A DNA stretch of 31,174 nucleotides from a virus. Taxonomy: Duplodnaviria; Caudoviricetes. The DNA is taken from positions 1-31,174 of the IMG/VR virus record IMGVR_UViG_3300010276_000006, one strand, 5' to 3'. The translations under genes and the position numbers were made by a program. Shown one piece after another: positions 17,046 through 24,700 of the stretch (positions are counted from its first letter, which is position 1; the number at the start of each line of letters is the position of its first letter). The notes under the pieces are model-generated. The model was not told the origin of the DNA. It saw only the letters and a list, made by a program, of their open reading frames with translations, and searched no databases.

Positions 17046-17168
17046 GCTACGCGTCCCTAGCATTCCTAAGCTGCCCAAAGGCTGCCCTATAAAAAGCGAC
17101 AGCACATGGTTCTGCCGTGGAGAGGCTGAGCCTCAGCTAATGCAAAACAAAAAGGCAGGTGATGTGCC

Positions 17169-18623
17169 TTGCTCACTCCCGAACAGCTCGACGCCTTCCG
17201 AGATAAGATTTTGCGGGTCACTGACCCGCTTATTGAATTCCTCTTGACCGACATCGCTCGCCGCATAGCTGAAGCAGGGCAGCTCACCTCTACCGCGGCG
17301 TATGAAGTGTGGAGGGTCCAAAACCTCGGCATGTCGCAGCGGCAGGTAGAGAAAGCCATAGCCAAGCTGCTAGATAAGTCTAAGGCGGAAATTAAAAAGC
17401 TTATGACTCAGGCTGCAAAGGTCGGCTATAATTTTGACATAAAGCGGTTTCCGACAGTTGCGGCGATACCGTTCGATAAGAACTTATCAATTCAGCAGAC
17501 GGTGGCGGCGGCTATCAAACTTGCACAGGACGACTTCACAAACATAACGCAGACCCTCGGCATGATAGACCCTTACGGGCGCGTAATGCCTTTGCAGGAC
17601 GTTTATAGGAGCTGCACAGACTTCGCTTTTATGCAGGTATTCACCGGCGCGGCTGACTATGAAACGGCAATCCGGCAAGCGGTTAAGAATATAGCGGCAA
17701 AGGGTTTGCTAACAATTGACTACCAAAGCGGCGTACACACTTCGCTTGAGGCTGCCGTACGCCGTAATATTATGGGCGGCATGGGCCTGATGGTGCAGGA
17801 AATCAGCAAGCGGAACCATGACGACCTCGGCTGCGACGGATGGGAAATATCCGCGCATGCCGGGAGTGCGCCGGACCATGAGCCGATACAGGGGAGGCAG
17901 TACAGTGATGAAGAGTATGAAGCGTTAAACAGTATGCTCCAGCGGCCCATCGGAACGCTGAACTGCGGGCATATGGCTTTCCCGATCGTTTTAGGGGTCA
18001 GCAAGCCACAATACACAGAGGAGCAGCTCGCGAAATTCCGGGCCGACAACAGGGAAGGCATAACCTACCAGGGCAAGCACTACACAATCTATGAGGCCAC
18101 GCAGAAGCAGCGCGAGATTGAGCGCGCCATGAGGCTGCAAAAGCGCCGTATTCTGCTTGCGCGAGGTTCAGGCGATGTTGAACAAGCCAAAACAGCTAAT
18201 ATACGCCTTGCGGTTTTAAACCAGGAGTATATGCGATTCAGTAAAGCGGCGGGGCTGCGGACGGATATTGAACGTGCGCAGGTAGCAGGATTTGGTAAGT
18301 CGCAGGTTGGCCTAGCGGCGGCGGTTGCCAGAAATATGAAGTCAATGGAATCACTGCTGGGAGTACAAACCCCGACAGGCGTGACTGTCTTCAGTGTATC
18401 TCAGCATTTTTTGGAACGTTCCGTGCAGAGAGGTTTAACGAGCGGCGCAGTAAAAGACGCGTTGCAAAATCCGATAAAATTTGGTAATATTAAAACTGAC
18501 GATTTGGGCCGCCGCAGTCAGCGTTTTTATGGGAAAGACGCCACAGTCAATATAAATCCGGATACGGGGCAGCTTGTGACTGCGTGGAAAACCAGTAGCA
18601 AAAAGAAAGGAGGCATCCAGTGA
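17169..18623 (+). CDS. Minor head protein (MuF / A118 minor capsid-type) with C-terminal putative BECR-fold RNase toxin domain
   Basis: MLTPEQL, DIARRI, SLEAAVRRNI, EISAHAGSAPDH..IQG, NCGH, YEATQKQR.IER; extra C-terminal part of about 90 aa, SQHFLERSVQRG...DALQNP...GRRSQRFYG..ATVNINPDTG.LVT.W. Confidence 0.85.
   Translation: MLTPEQLDAFRDKILRVTDPLIEFLLTDIARRIAEAGQLTSTAAYEVWRVQNLGMSQRQVEKAIAKLLDKSKAEIKKLMTQAAKVGYNFDIKRFPTVAAIPFDKNLSIQQTVAAAIKLAQDDFTNITQTLGMIDPYGRVMPLQDVYRSCTDFAFMQVFTGAADYETAIRQAVKNIAAKGLLTIDYQSGVHTSLEAAVRRNIMGGMGLMVQEISKRNHDDLGCDGWEISAHAGSAPDHEPIQGRQYSDEEYEALNSMLQRPIGTLNCGHMAFPIVLGVSKPQYTEEQLAKFRADNREGITYQGKHYTIYEATQKQREIERAMRLQKRRILLARGSGDVEQAKTANIRLAVLNQEYMRFSKAAGLRTDIERAQVAGFGKSQVGLAAAVARNMKSMESLLGVQTPTGVTVFSVSQHFLERSVQRGLTSGAVKDALQNPIKFGNIKTDDLGRRSQRFYGKDATVNINPDTGQLVTAWKTSSKKKGGIQ
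18462..18490 (+). promoter_or_regulatory. Candidate sigma-A promoter inside the toxin domain, reading into the immunity gene
   Basis: TTGCAA (18462-67), 17 bp spacer, TGn-extended TAATAT (18485-90), about 130 bp upstream of the GTG at 18620. Confidence 0.45.
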
Positions 18624-18823
18624 AATATCCATTTAGCGAGGCACAGAAGAAAATAGTGAGGCAACTTGGCTTCGACCCGGAACGAGACTACGACGAGGAT
18701 GCCGCCGATGCGCTGCTTGAGGCTGTATCCGATTACTTGATGGCCCGCGGTTTCGGCAATGACTATGTAGCAAACGACATCGGAAACCTTTGCGAGGACA
18801 TAATCACAATCATAACGAAATGA
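18620..18823 (+). CDS. Putative immunity protein for the MuF C-terminal toxin
   Basis: 67 aa, acidic, AAAGGAGG RBS, GTGA overlap with the toxin stop; GF..DY..N.IG...EDII tail resembles small helical immunity proteins. Confidence 0.65.
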   Translation: MKYPFSEAQKKIVRQLGFDPERDYDEDAADALLEAVSDYLMARGFGNDYVANDIGNLCEDIITIITK

Positions 18824-18853
18824 CCACCAAGCTAAACGGCTGGGTGGTTTTTT
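18823..18853 (+). terminator. Intrinsic terminator after the immunity gene
   Basis: ACCACCAAGCT-AAAC-GGCTGGGTGGT followed by a T-run. Confidence 0.75.
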
Positions 18854-18879
18854 CATGCCCAAAAAATTGATAATTCACG

Positions 18880-18915
18880 ATAACAAGCCTGCTTATTAAA
18901 GCGGGCTTTTGTTAT
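18880..18915 (+). terminator. Second terminator-like hairpin
   Basis: AAGCCTGCT-TATTAA-AGCGGGCTTTTGTT. Confidence 0.6.
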
Positions 18916-18922
18916 ACCATTT

Positions 18923-18981
18923 CGCCCGCCGGGCGTAAAACGGCAACCGCACGGGAAGCGACCCCGTAAAAAGCGTAGCGG
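18923..18981 (+). ncRNA. Structured leader upstream of the scaffold gene (GP20-type cis RNA motif candidate)
   Basis: CGCCC/GGGCG stem with GCCG/CGGC alternative or pseudoknot pairing; CCGC-ACGGG...CCCGT-AAAAA...GCGG element abutting the RBS. Confidence 0.4.
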
Positions 18982-18995
18982 AGAAAGGAGTTGCC

Positions 18996-19562
18996 ATGAA
19001 ACGCGAATTTCTTGAGAATCTTGACCTCGGCAACGGAGCAAAGCTGTCGAAGGAAGCTATTGATGCCATCATGGCCGAGAACGGCAAGGACATCGAAAAT
19101 GTGAAGAAACAGTACGCCGACTATGATGACATCAAAAAGCAGCTCAAGGAAGCCAACGAGACCATTGAAGGCTTTAAGAAGCTCGACATCGAGGGAATCA
19201 AAAAGGCCGCGGATGAGTGGAAAGAGAAGGCTGAGAAAGCCGAAAAGGAAGCCGCCGCGAAAATCGCGGAAATGGAGTTCTCCAGCCGCCTCGACACAGC
19301 AATCTTGGCGGCAAAGGGAAGGAACGCAAAGGCAATTCGCGCCCTCCTTGATATTGAAACGCTCAAAGCCTCAAAAAACCAGGATGCCGATATTAAGTCG
19401 GCCCTCGAAGCACTAAAAAAAGAGAGCAGCTATCTGTTCGAAGCCGAACAGGTGCCGCCTCCTCCGGGCGCTCCCGGAGCGGGGAAAGACCAGATGATAA
19501 CAAATCCGCCTGCGCACACAATGGCGCAGAGCATACAAGAAAAATTGTTTGGAGGTAAGTAA
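18996..19562 (+). CDS. Capsid scaffolding protein (Phage GP20 family)
   Basis: MKREFL, IDAIMAENGKDIE, coiled coil, KGRNAKAIRALLD, LK....YLF. Confidence 0.9.
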   Translation: MKREFLENLDLGNGAKLSKEAIDAIMAENGKDIENVKKQYADYDDIKKQLKEANETIEGFKKLDIEGIKKAADEWKEKAEKAEKEAAAKIAEMEFSSRLDTAILAAKGRNAKAIRALLDIETLKASKNQDADIKSALEALKKESSYLFEAEQVPPPPGAPGAGKDQMITNPPAHTMAQSIQEKLFGGK

Positions 19563-19564
19563 AT

Positions 19565-20524
19565 ATGCCTATTACACTTGAAGAAGCGAAAGCACTTTCT
19601 CAGGACAAGCTTACTCAGGACGTTATCGACGAATTTCGTAAGAGCGCCCTGCTTGACATGCTTCCGTTCGACAACACGGTCAAGCCGCAGGGTGGTGTGA
19701 CCCTCGCATATGTTTATAACCGCGTCACTACGCTTCCGACGGCGGCGGCCCGCGCCATCAATTCGGAGTACATTGCGCAGGAAGCAAAGACCACGGCTTA
19801 CACCGTAAACCTGAAGGTTTTCGGCGGCGCGTTCGAGCTCGATCGCGTCATCATCAATGACGAGAAGCAGGTCGTTGATCACGTGCAGTTCCAGCTGCAG
19901 CAGAAGATTCAGGCTACCCGCGCGCTGTTCCATGATATGTTCATCAACGGCGACGCCGGCGTGGACGCTTCCGGCACCGAGTTTGACGGCCTCGACAAGG
20001 CGCTGGTCGGCAGCTCCACGGAGCTCACTCCGAGCGCTGCAATCAACCTTTCCAACAGCACCAACATCGACACCAACTGGAAGGTGTTCCTCGACTCCCT
20101 ACGTAAGATGAGAGCTAGGCTCGACGGAGCTCCTACGCTGTATCTCATGAACAGCGAGATGTATGCGGTGTTCCAGAGCGTGATGGACAGGGCCGGCATT
20201 AATTTGGCATCCAAGCAGAATTACGGCGACGAGGTCAGCCAGTGGGGACCGTCGCTCGTCATGGCCCTGGGCGACAAACCCGGCTCGAGCGACCCCATCA
20301 TCCCGATTGACGATTCCAACGGAGAAACCTCGATCTATGCGGTCCGCCTGGCGCTGGATGGTGTGCATGGCGTCGCTCCTTCCGGCAGCGCGTTCATAAA
20401 TGCGTATCTGCCCGATCTGACCAGACCCGGAGCCGTAAAGAGGGGCGAGGTTGAAATGGTGGCCGCCATCGCGCTGAAGGCGACCCGCGCCGCCGGCGTT
20501 CTCCGCAGAATCAAGATAGCGTAA
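19565..20524 (+). CDS. Major capsid protein
   Basis: 319 aa after scaffold; MPITLEEAK, R.INSEY, LKVFGGAFELDRVI, FINGD..EFDGL; strong codon bias. Confidence 0.9.
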   Translation: MPITLEEAKALSQDKLTQDVIDEFRKSALLDMLPFDNTVKPQGGVTLAYVYNRVTTLPTAAARAINSEYIAQEAKTTAYTVNLKVFGGAFELDRVIINDEKQVVDHVQFQLQQKIQATRALFHDMFINGDAGVDASGTEFDGLDKALVGSSTELTPSAAINLSNSTNIDTNWKVFLDSLRKMRARLDGAPTLYLMNSEMYAVFQSVMDRAGINLASKQNYGDEVSQWGPSLVMALGDKPGSSDPIIPIDDSNGETSIYAVRLALDGVHGVAPSGSAFINAYLPDLTRPGAVKRGEVEMVAAIALKATRAAGVLRRIKIA

Positions 20525-20526
20525 GC

Positions 20527-20742
20527 ATGGCAAAAATCATAGCCCCCAATAAGAGGTATAACGGCATATCCGCCAGCGTTCAGTTCAAAGAGGGCGTGGG
20601 TTATACCGATAACCCACGCCTGATTGAATGGTTTGAACGAAAAGGATACACCGTCGAGCGCGAGGAGCCGGCCGCGCCGACGGTGGCAGCGGAGGCCGGC
20701 CCGAAATCTAAGAAGAAGACTGCTAAGAAAGGGGATAAGTAA
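20527..20742 (+). CDS. Small head-associated protein
   Basis: MAKIIAPNKRYNG...V.F.EGVG.TDNP.LI.WF..KGY.V, typical of post-MCP small genes; Lys-rich tail. Confidence 0.7.
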   Translation: MAKIIAPNKRYNGISASVQFKEGVGYTDNPRLIEWFERKGYTVEREEPAAPTVAAEAGPKSKKKTAKKGDK

Positions 20743-21312
20743 ATGCCCAGAATTTACGCACCCAACGAATCGCATGAGATGACATGGGGCGAGGTCGACT
20801 TTATCAAAGGCGTGGCGGCGTGCCCCGCTTCCGCCACCTCTGCAATCGCCTTTTTCACCGCCAACGGCTACACCATCGACAATTCCAAACATATCCGCAC
20901 CCTGCTGGACGACCTGACCCCGGAGCAGCTCCGCGCCCTGTGCGGATACCTCGGCATGACCATCGACCAGGGCGAAGATCCTGATACCAAGTATGCGCTG
21001 GTGCGTGCGATTGAGGGCGAGATAAGCTCTAAATACCTCGCAACGGTCACCATCACATCTGAAGCGGGGACTACGGCAGGCAAGACCAAGATAACGATCA
21101 CCGGCGCTGGCAGCTATAAGTATAAGACGGCCAAAGACAACGCTCCTGCGCCGCTTTATATGGACGATGCCAGCGATTGGGATGACATCACATCCGGGGA
21201 TGAGTTTGAACCAGCGGAAAACCACAACAAGATTACTGTGGTAAAAGTCAACAACAAAGGCTATGTAATCGGCAAGGGTACCGCTACTATCACCGTTAAC
21301 TCGGGCGGTTAA
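20743..21312 (+). CDS. Putative head decoration protein (N-domain paralogous to 20527 gene + HeH/Rho-N-like helix pair + beta-sandwich C-domain)
   Basis: MPRIYAPN..V.F.KGV; LDDLTPEQLRALC..LG...TK.ALV..IE; GKTKITIT..SYKYK...ITVV.VN...G.ATITV. Confidence 0.6.
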   Translation: MPRIYAPNESHEMTWGEVDFIKGVAACPASATSAIAFFTANGYTIDNSKHIRTLLDDLTPEQLRALCGYLGMTIDQGEDPDTKYALVRAIEGEISSKYLATVTITSEAGTTAGKTKITITGAGSYKYKTAKDNAPAPLYMDDASDWDDITSGDEFEPAENHNKITVVKVNNKGYVIGKGTATITVNSGG

Positions 21313-21327
21313 TGAAAGGAGCCGCTT

Positions 21328-21657
21328 ATGGTTGATTACGCATTTTATACCGGGACGTACATGGGCGGCTCCATTCCTTCGACCGACTTCCCGAGACTGG
21401 CTAAGCGGGCGGAAGAGCAGCTTGCCAAATACAAGCGGGATTACACTGTGACAGCTCCGGATGAAAACAGCGAGAAAATGGCCATCTGCGCTATGGCGGA
21501 TGCGCTGTACTACTTTGAGACGGTTCAGAATCAGCCGCAGAGCGCCTCTATCGGCAGCGTGTCCAGCAGCCGTAGGGAGGTCGATATCAGCCCCAAGGCA
21601 CAAGCCGCGGAGCTGTATCGGTGCGCAAAGATGTATCTGGATATATACAGGGGGTAA
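21328..21657 (+). CDS. Head-tail connector (adaptor) protein
   Basis: DY.FY..TY.G....DF.RLA.RA, K.AICA.AD, S.SIGSVS motifs; position. Confidence 0.78.
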   Translation: MVDYAFYTGTYMGGSIPSTDFPRLAKRAEEQLAKYKRDYTVTAPDENSEKMAICAMADALYYFETVQNQPQSASIGSVSSSRREVDISPKAQAAELYRCAKMYLDIYRG

Positions 21658-21661
21658 GGCA

Positions 21662-22021
21662 ATGCTGAGCGTACAACCTCGTCCCCCGGTGGATTATTCC
21701 CTCTGCAATCAGACCGTGACCGTCTATCACCAGAACGATGACAAGACGGTCGCTCGTACTGTTTACGAAAACGCGTTTCTCGACTTCCGCAAGAACCAGA
21801 ACATCAACAAAACCGGCTCGACCGAATCAAACTCATTCTTGCTTGTCATTCCCGGTTCTGTGTCGCTGAGTGTAGGCGATAAGGTCTTGCTCGGTATCGG
21901 TCCGACAAGCATTGCTTGGGCTGACTACATCCCGTCAAAAGTTCCGGGGCTGGTCGTTATAAAGTATGTTGACCCGAAGTATTGGCGGGGCGTGCAGTGC
22001 CATGTGGAGGCCGGAGGATGA
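21662..22021 (+). CDS. Head closure / minor structural protein
   Basis: Beta-rich 119 aa, QTVTVY...GDKV..G...HVEAGG; position; GGGGT RBS before ATG 21662. Confidence 0.65.
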   Translation: MLSVQPRPPVDYSLCNQTVTVYHQNDDKTVARTVYENAFLDFRKNQNINKTGSTESNSFLLVIPGSVSLSVGDKVLLGIGPTSIAWADYIPSKVPGLVVIKYVDPKYWRGVQCHVEAGG

Positions 22022-22482
22022 ATATTACAGGCAGAATTACAGTCAAGCCCGCGGCTCAGATCATGCAGAAGCTCGGCGTTCTCCGGGGCGGCGAGGTCCA
22101 AAAGTTCCATACCAGGAATGTTTTGCGCCGGATCCAGAAGTACATGCCGTACCGAACCGGATTGACAATTAAGCTTATGGTCGCTCAGTCGCCAGTTGAG
22201 GAGCCGTTTGTCGTGATTGACGCGCCTTATGCTCGCTATCTCTACTACGGCAAGGCGATGGTAAACGCCAAAACCGGAAAGGGCCCCGCGTATATCCCCA
22301 ATGTCGGCTATCGCTACCGCAGGGGCACGGTGCTGAAAGCAACGGACCGGCCGCTGAGGTACACGACCACCAAGAATCCGCAGGCGGGGCCGTTGTGGGA
22401 TAAGCGCCTGATTGCGGCCGAAGGTGAAACAATGCGGCAGGAGCTGCAAGACTTCGTTGACAGAAGGGCGGGGATGCGATGA
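22018..22482 (+). CDS. Neck / tail-completion protein (A118 minor capsid 2-like)
   Basis: YMPYRTG, PYARYLYYGK, NPQAGPLWDKR; ATGA overlap at 22018. Confidence 0.78.
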   Translation: MNITGRITVKPAAQIMQKLGVLRGGEVQKFHTRNVLRRIQKYMPYRTGLTIKLMVAQSPVEEPFVVIDAPYARYLYYGKAMVNAKTGKGPAYIPNVGYRYRRGTVLKATDRPLRYTTTKNPQAGPLWDKRLIAAEGETMRQELQDFVDRRAGMR

Positions 22483-22919
22483 CGGCACTCGAAAAATTAA
22501 AAACATGGCTCACCACCTATGAGGGCCACGATATTCTCTCGGAATTCTACGTCGACTATACAGACAAAGTCCCCTCTAATGGTGGCGTGTTCCCAAACGG
22601 TTTGGTGGAAATCAGCCGGCGCAAGGACATTCTCGGCAATACGATTGTCGAGAATCAATACAACTTTGGGCTGTACTATGTATTTAAAAAGTCCCCGGGA
22701 GATGATTCCGGCGCCATTATAAACGCTGACTGGGTCATGGACTTTCAGGAATGGGTGCAGGAGCAGAGCATTATCGGCGCGGCCCCGGCATTCGGCGACG
22801 AGCCTAGAACCGAAAAAATCATAGCTCAGAACGGCATGCTGTACGAAGCCGACGAAGAGGGAACGGCCATGTATATGGTGCAGTTGTCTGTTCAATTTAA
22901 AAAATTTTACATGAGGTGA
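22479..22919 (+). CDS. Tail terminator / minor structural protein
   Basis: 146 aa just before major tail; DILGN....YNF, F.EWV.EQ, A.Y.VQL.V.F. Confidence 0.68.
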   Translation: MTALEKLKTWLTTYEGHDILSEFYVDYTDKVPSNGGVFPNGLVEISRRKDILGNTIVENQYNFGLYYVFKKSPGDDSGAIINADWVMDFQEWVQEQSIIGAAPAFGDEPRTEKIIAQNGMLYEADEEGTAMYMVQLSVQFKKFYMR

Positions 22920-22923
22920 TCTA

Positions 22924-23676
22924 ATGGCAGACCTTGCTTTTAACACTCCCGGCGGAGCGGTTGTTGAGCGCGCGCTGCTGATCGCATATCTCAACACCGG
23001 GACCCCTGCCGCCCCGGTGTGGAGCCCTATCGGAAAGCGCGTCGAGGATAGCTCCGAGGAGTTTGATTGGAGCGACGAGTCCAAAACGGACATTTTTGGC
23101 AATACCTACACCACAATGAAAAAGCCGACCATCACGCAGACCTTTGACCCGTGCGAGCTCGATAGCTCTGACGCTGCGCAGGTGAAAATTTGGAACCTAG
23201 CCGTCAAAGACCAGGATGCGGCCGCGCTTGCCTCTCAGGACTTGCTTATTGTCCACGCGTACGCCGGTACGTCGCCGGCCGCCATGTTTGCGGAGCGTTA
23301 CAGCGCCTGCGCGGTTAAACCCACCGGGCTTGGCGGCTCGTCCAACGTTGCTATGCCGATTGAAATCACCTACGGCGGCACCCGCACCGTAGGAACCGCC
23401 TCGATTTCCAACGGCGTCGTAACTTTCACTCCTGCAACGGGCGCCGAGTATCTTGTAACCTTCAGCGTCACCGGCGCGGGAGGCGCGAGACTGGCGGGAG
23501 CGAAGATTTATATCAACAATCAGATGCTCACTACCGACGCCAACGGCATAGCATCCATACAGCTGCCGGCGGGGACCTATGAGTATTCCGTGATTGCGGA
23601 CGGCTATACAACCGTGACCGACGAGATAGCGATTTCGTCCGCAGCGGTATTTGAAGCTGTCGCGCTGAATGCTTAA
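22924..23676 (+). CDS. Major tail tube protein with C-terminal Ig-like/carboxypeptidase-regulatory-like domain
   Basis: W..IGK.VEDSS.E..W, DI.G, G.RT.GT...NGV.TFTP tube core, then VTFSV..GAKI.IN...TTDANG.A...L.AGTY.YSV.ADGY. Confidence 0.82.
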   Translation: MADLAFNTPGGAVVERALLIAYLNTGTPAAPVWSPIGKRVEDSSEEFDWSDESKTDIFGNTYTTMKKPTITQTFDPCELDSSDAAQVKIWNLAVKDQDAAALASQDLLIVHAYAGTSPAAMFAERYSACAVKPTGLGGSSNVAMPIEITYGGTRTVGTASISNGVVTFTPATGAEYLVTFSVTGAGGARLAGAKIYINNQMLTTDANGIASIQLPAGTYEYSVIADGYTTVTDEIAISSAAVFEAVALNA

Positions 23677-23691
23677 TCGAGGAGGATTATT

Positions 23692-24111
23692 ATGAATACG
23701 CTGAACTTTGAAACCGGGGTAGTCACGTATTCCGTCAACAACGGCGCCTGCGAAATCTCATTTAACCCGACAGATAGCGCGTTTGTGGAAAAGCTCTTCA
23801 ATGCTTTCGACGCGCTTGATAAGAAGCAGGAAGCGTATAAAGCCGAAATCGAAAGAGTCGCAGATAAGCGCGAGATCTTCGAGATCGCCAGGAAACGTGA
23901 CGCCGAAATGCGCGAAATCATCGACGGCATTTTCGGCCCGGTCAGCAATTCACTGTTCGGCGACATGAACGTGTACGCGCTCGCCGGCGGGCTCCCGGTG
24001 TGGTGCAACTTCCTTCTTGCCGTCATAGACGAAATAGACACCGCCTTTGCTCGCGAGCAGAAGGCAACCAACCCGAGAATAGCCAAGTACACGGCGAAGT
24101 ATCACAAATGA
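23692..24111 (+). CDS. Tail assembly chaperone
   Basis: ISFNPTD..F, IID..FG...LFG.MN; position after tail tube; GAGGAGG RBS. Confidence 0.75.
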   Translation: MNTLNFETGVVTYSVNNGACEISFNPTDSAFVEKLFNAFDALDKKQEAYKAEIERVADKREIFEIARKRDAEMREIIDGIFGPVSNSLFGDMNVYALAGGLPVWCNFLLAVIDEIDTAFAREQKATNPRIAKYTAKYHK

Positions 24112-24668
24112 TTTACGATTTACCGACAAGCGTCGACATTGGCGGCAAGGAATATGAAATCAGATCAGACTATAGGGCGGTGCTCGATATCTGCACCGCC
24201 CTTACTGATGTAAATCTGAGCCCGCAGGACAAGGCTATAGTGGTGCTGGATATCTTCTATCCAGGCTTCGCGGAAATGCCGCCCGAGCACTACGAAGAGG
24301 CAATAAGGAAGTGCTTTTGGTTCATCAACTGCGGCGATGAGATTGAGGGGCAAAATCGCAAGGCCCCGAAGCTCATGGACTGGGAACAGGACTGGAAGTA
24401 TATTGTCGCCTCTATTAACCGCATTATCGGGCAGGAAATACGGTCCATTCCCTATATGCACTGGTGGACGTTTATCTCGGCCTATTATGAAATTGGCGGG
24501 GATTGTCTATTTGCGCAGATCGTCCGGATCCGCGAGAAGCTATTGAAAGGGAAGAAGCTCGATAAGGCCGAGCGCGAATGGTACAACAAGAACCGGCATC
24601 TTGTGGATTTCAAAACAACGTACAGCGAGGCAGAAAAAGAACTATTAAAACAACTCGGAATAAAGTAA
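24108..24668 (+). CDS. Gp15-family (A118) tail assembly protein
   Basis: LPTSV.IGG.EY.IRSDYR, MDWEQD..YI, YMHWWTF, F.QIV.IR; ATGA overlap at 24108. Confidence 0.82.
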   Translation: MIYDLPTSVDIGGKEYEIRSDYRAVLDICTALTDVNLSPQDKAIVVLDIFYPGFAEMPPEHYEEAIRKCFWFINCGDEIEGQNRKAPKLMDWEQDWKYIVASINRIIGQEIRSIPYMHWWTFISAYYEIGGDCLFAQIVRIREKLLKGKKLDKAEREWYNKNRHLVDFKTTYSEAEKELLKQLGIK

Positions 24669-24669
24669 T

Positions 24670-24694
24670 AGCCGTCACGTTTATCGTGGCGGCT
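24670..24694. terminator. Hairpin between convergent gp15 and moron genes
   Basis: AGCCGTCACG-TTTAT-CGTGGCGGCT; U-tracts weak on both strands. Confidence 0.5.
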
Positions 24695-24700
24695 TATGGA

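Noticed and set aside
17023-17247. 74-aa ORF between portal and muF as a real gene
   Set aside because: Overlaps muF by about 80 bp, Pro/Ser/Cys-rich with no motif; not supported, though not excluded.
20500-20745. MCP frameshift extension or TAA read-through fusing the 20527 and 20743 genes
   Set aside because: No slippery site at the MCP end; the 20743 gene has its own AAAGGGGA RBS and TAA is a poor read-through codon.
20335-21603. 422-aa antisense ORF across the capsid-neck genes
   Set aside because: The three + strand genes at 20527, 20743 and 21328 share one frame, so it is mostly a codon-bias shadow; no RBS or recognisable motifs.
24000-24111. Programmed -1 frameshift joining tail chaperone and gp15
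   Set aside because: The -1 frame is open but I see no XXXYYYZ slippery heptamer; ATGA coupling at 24108 explains gp15 expression.
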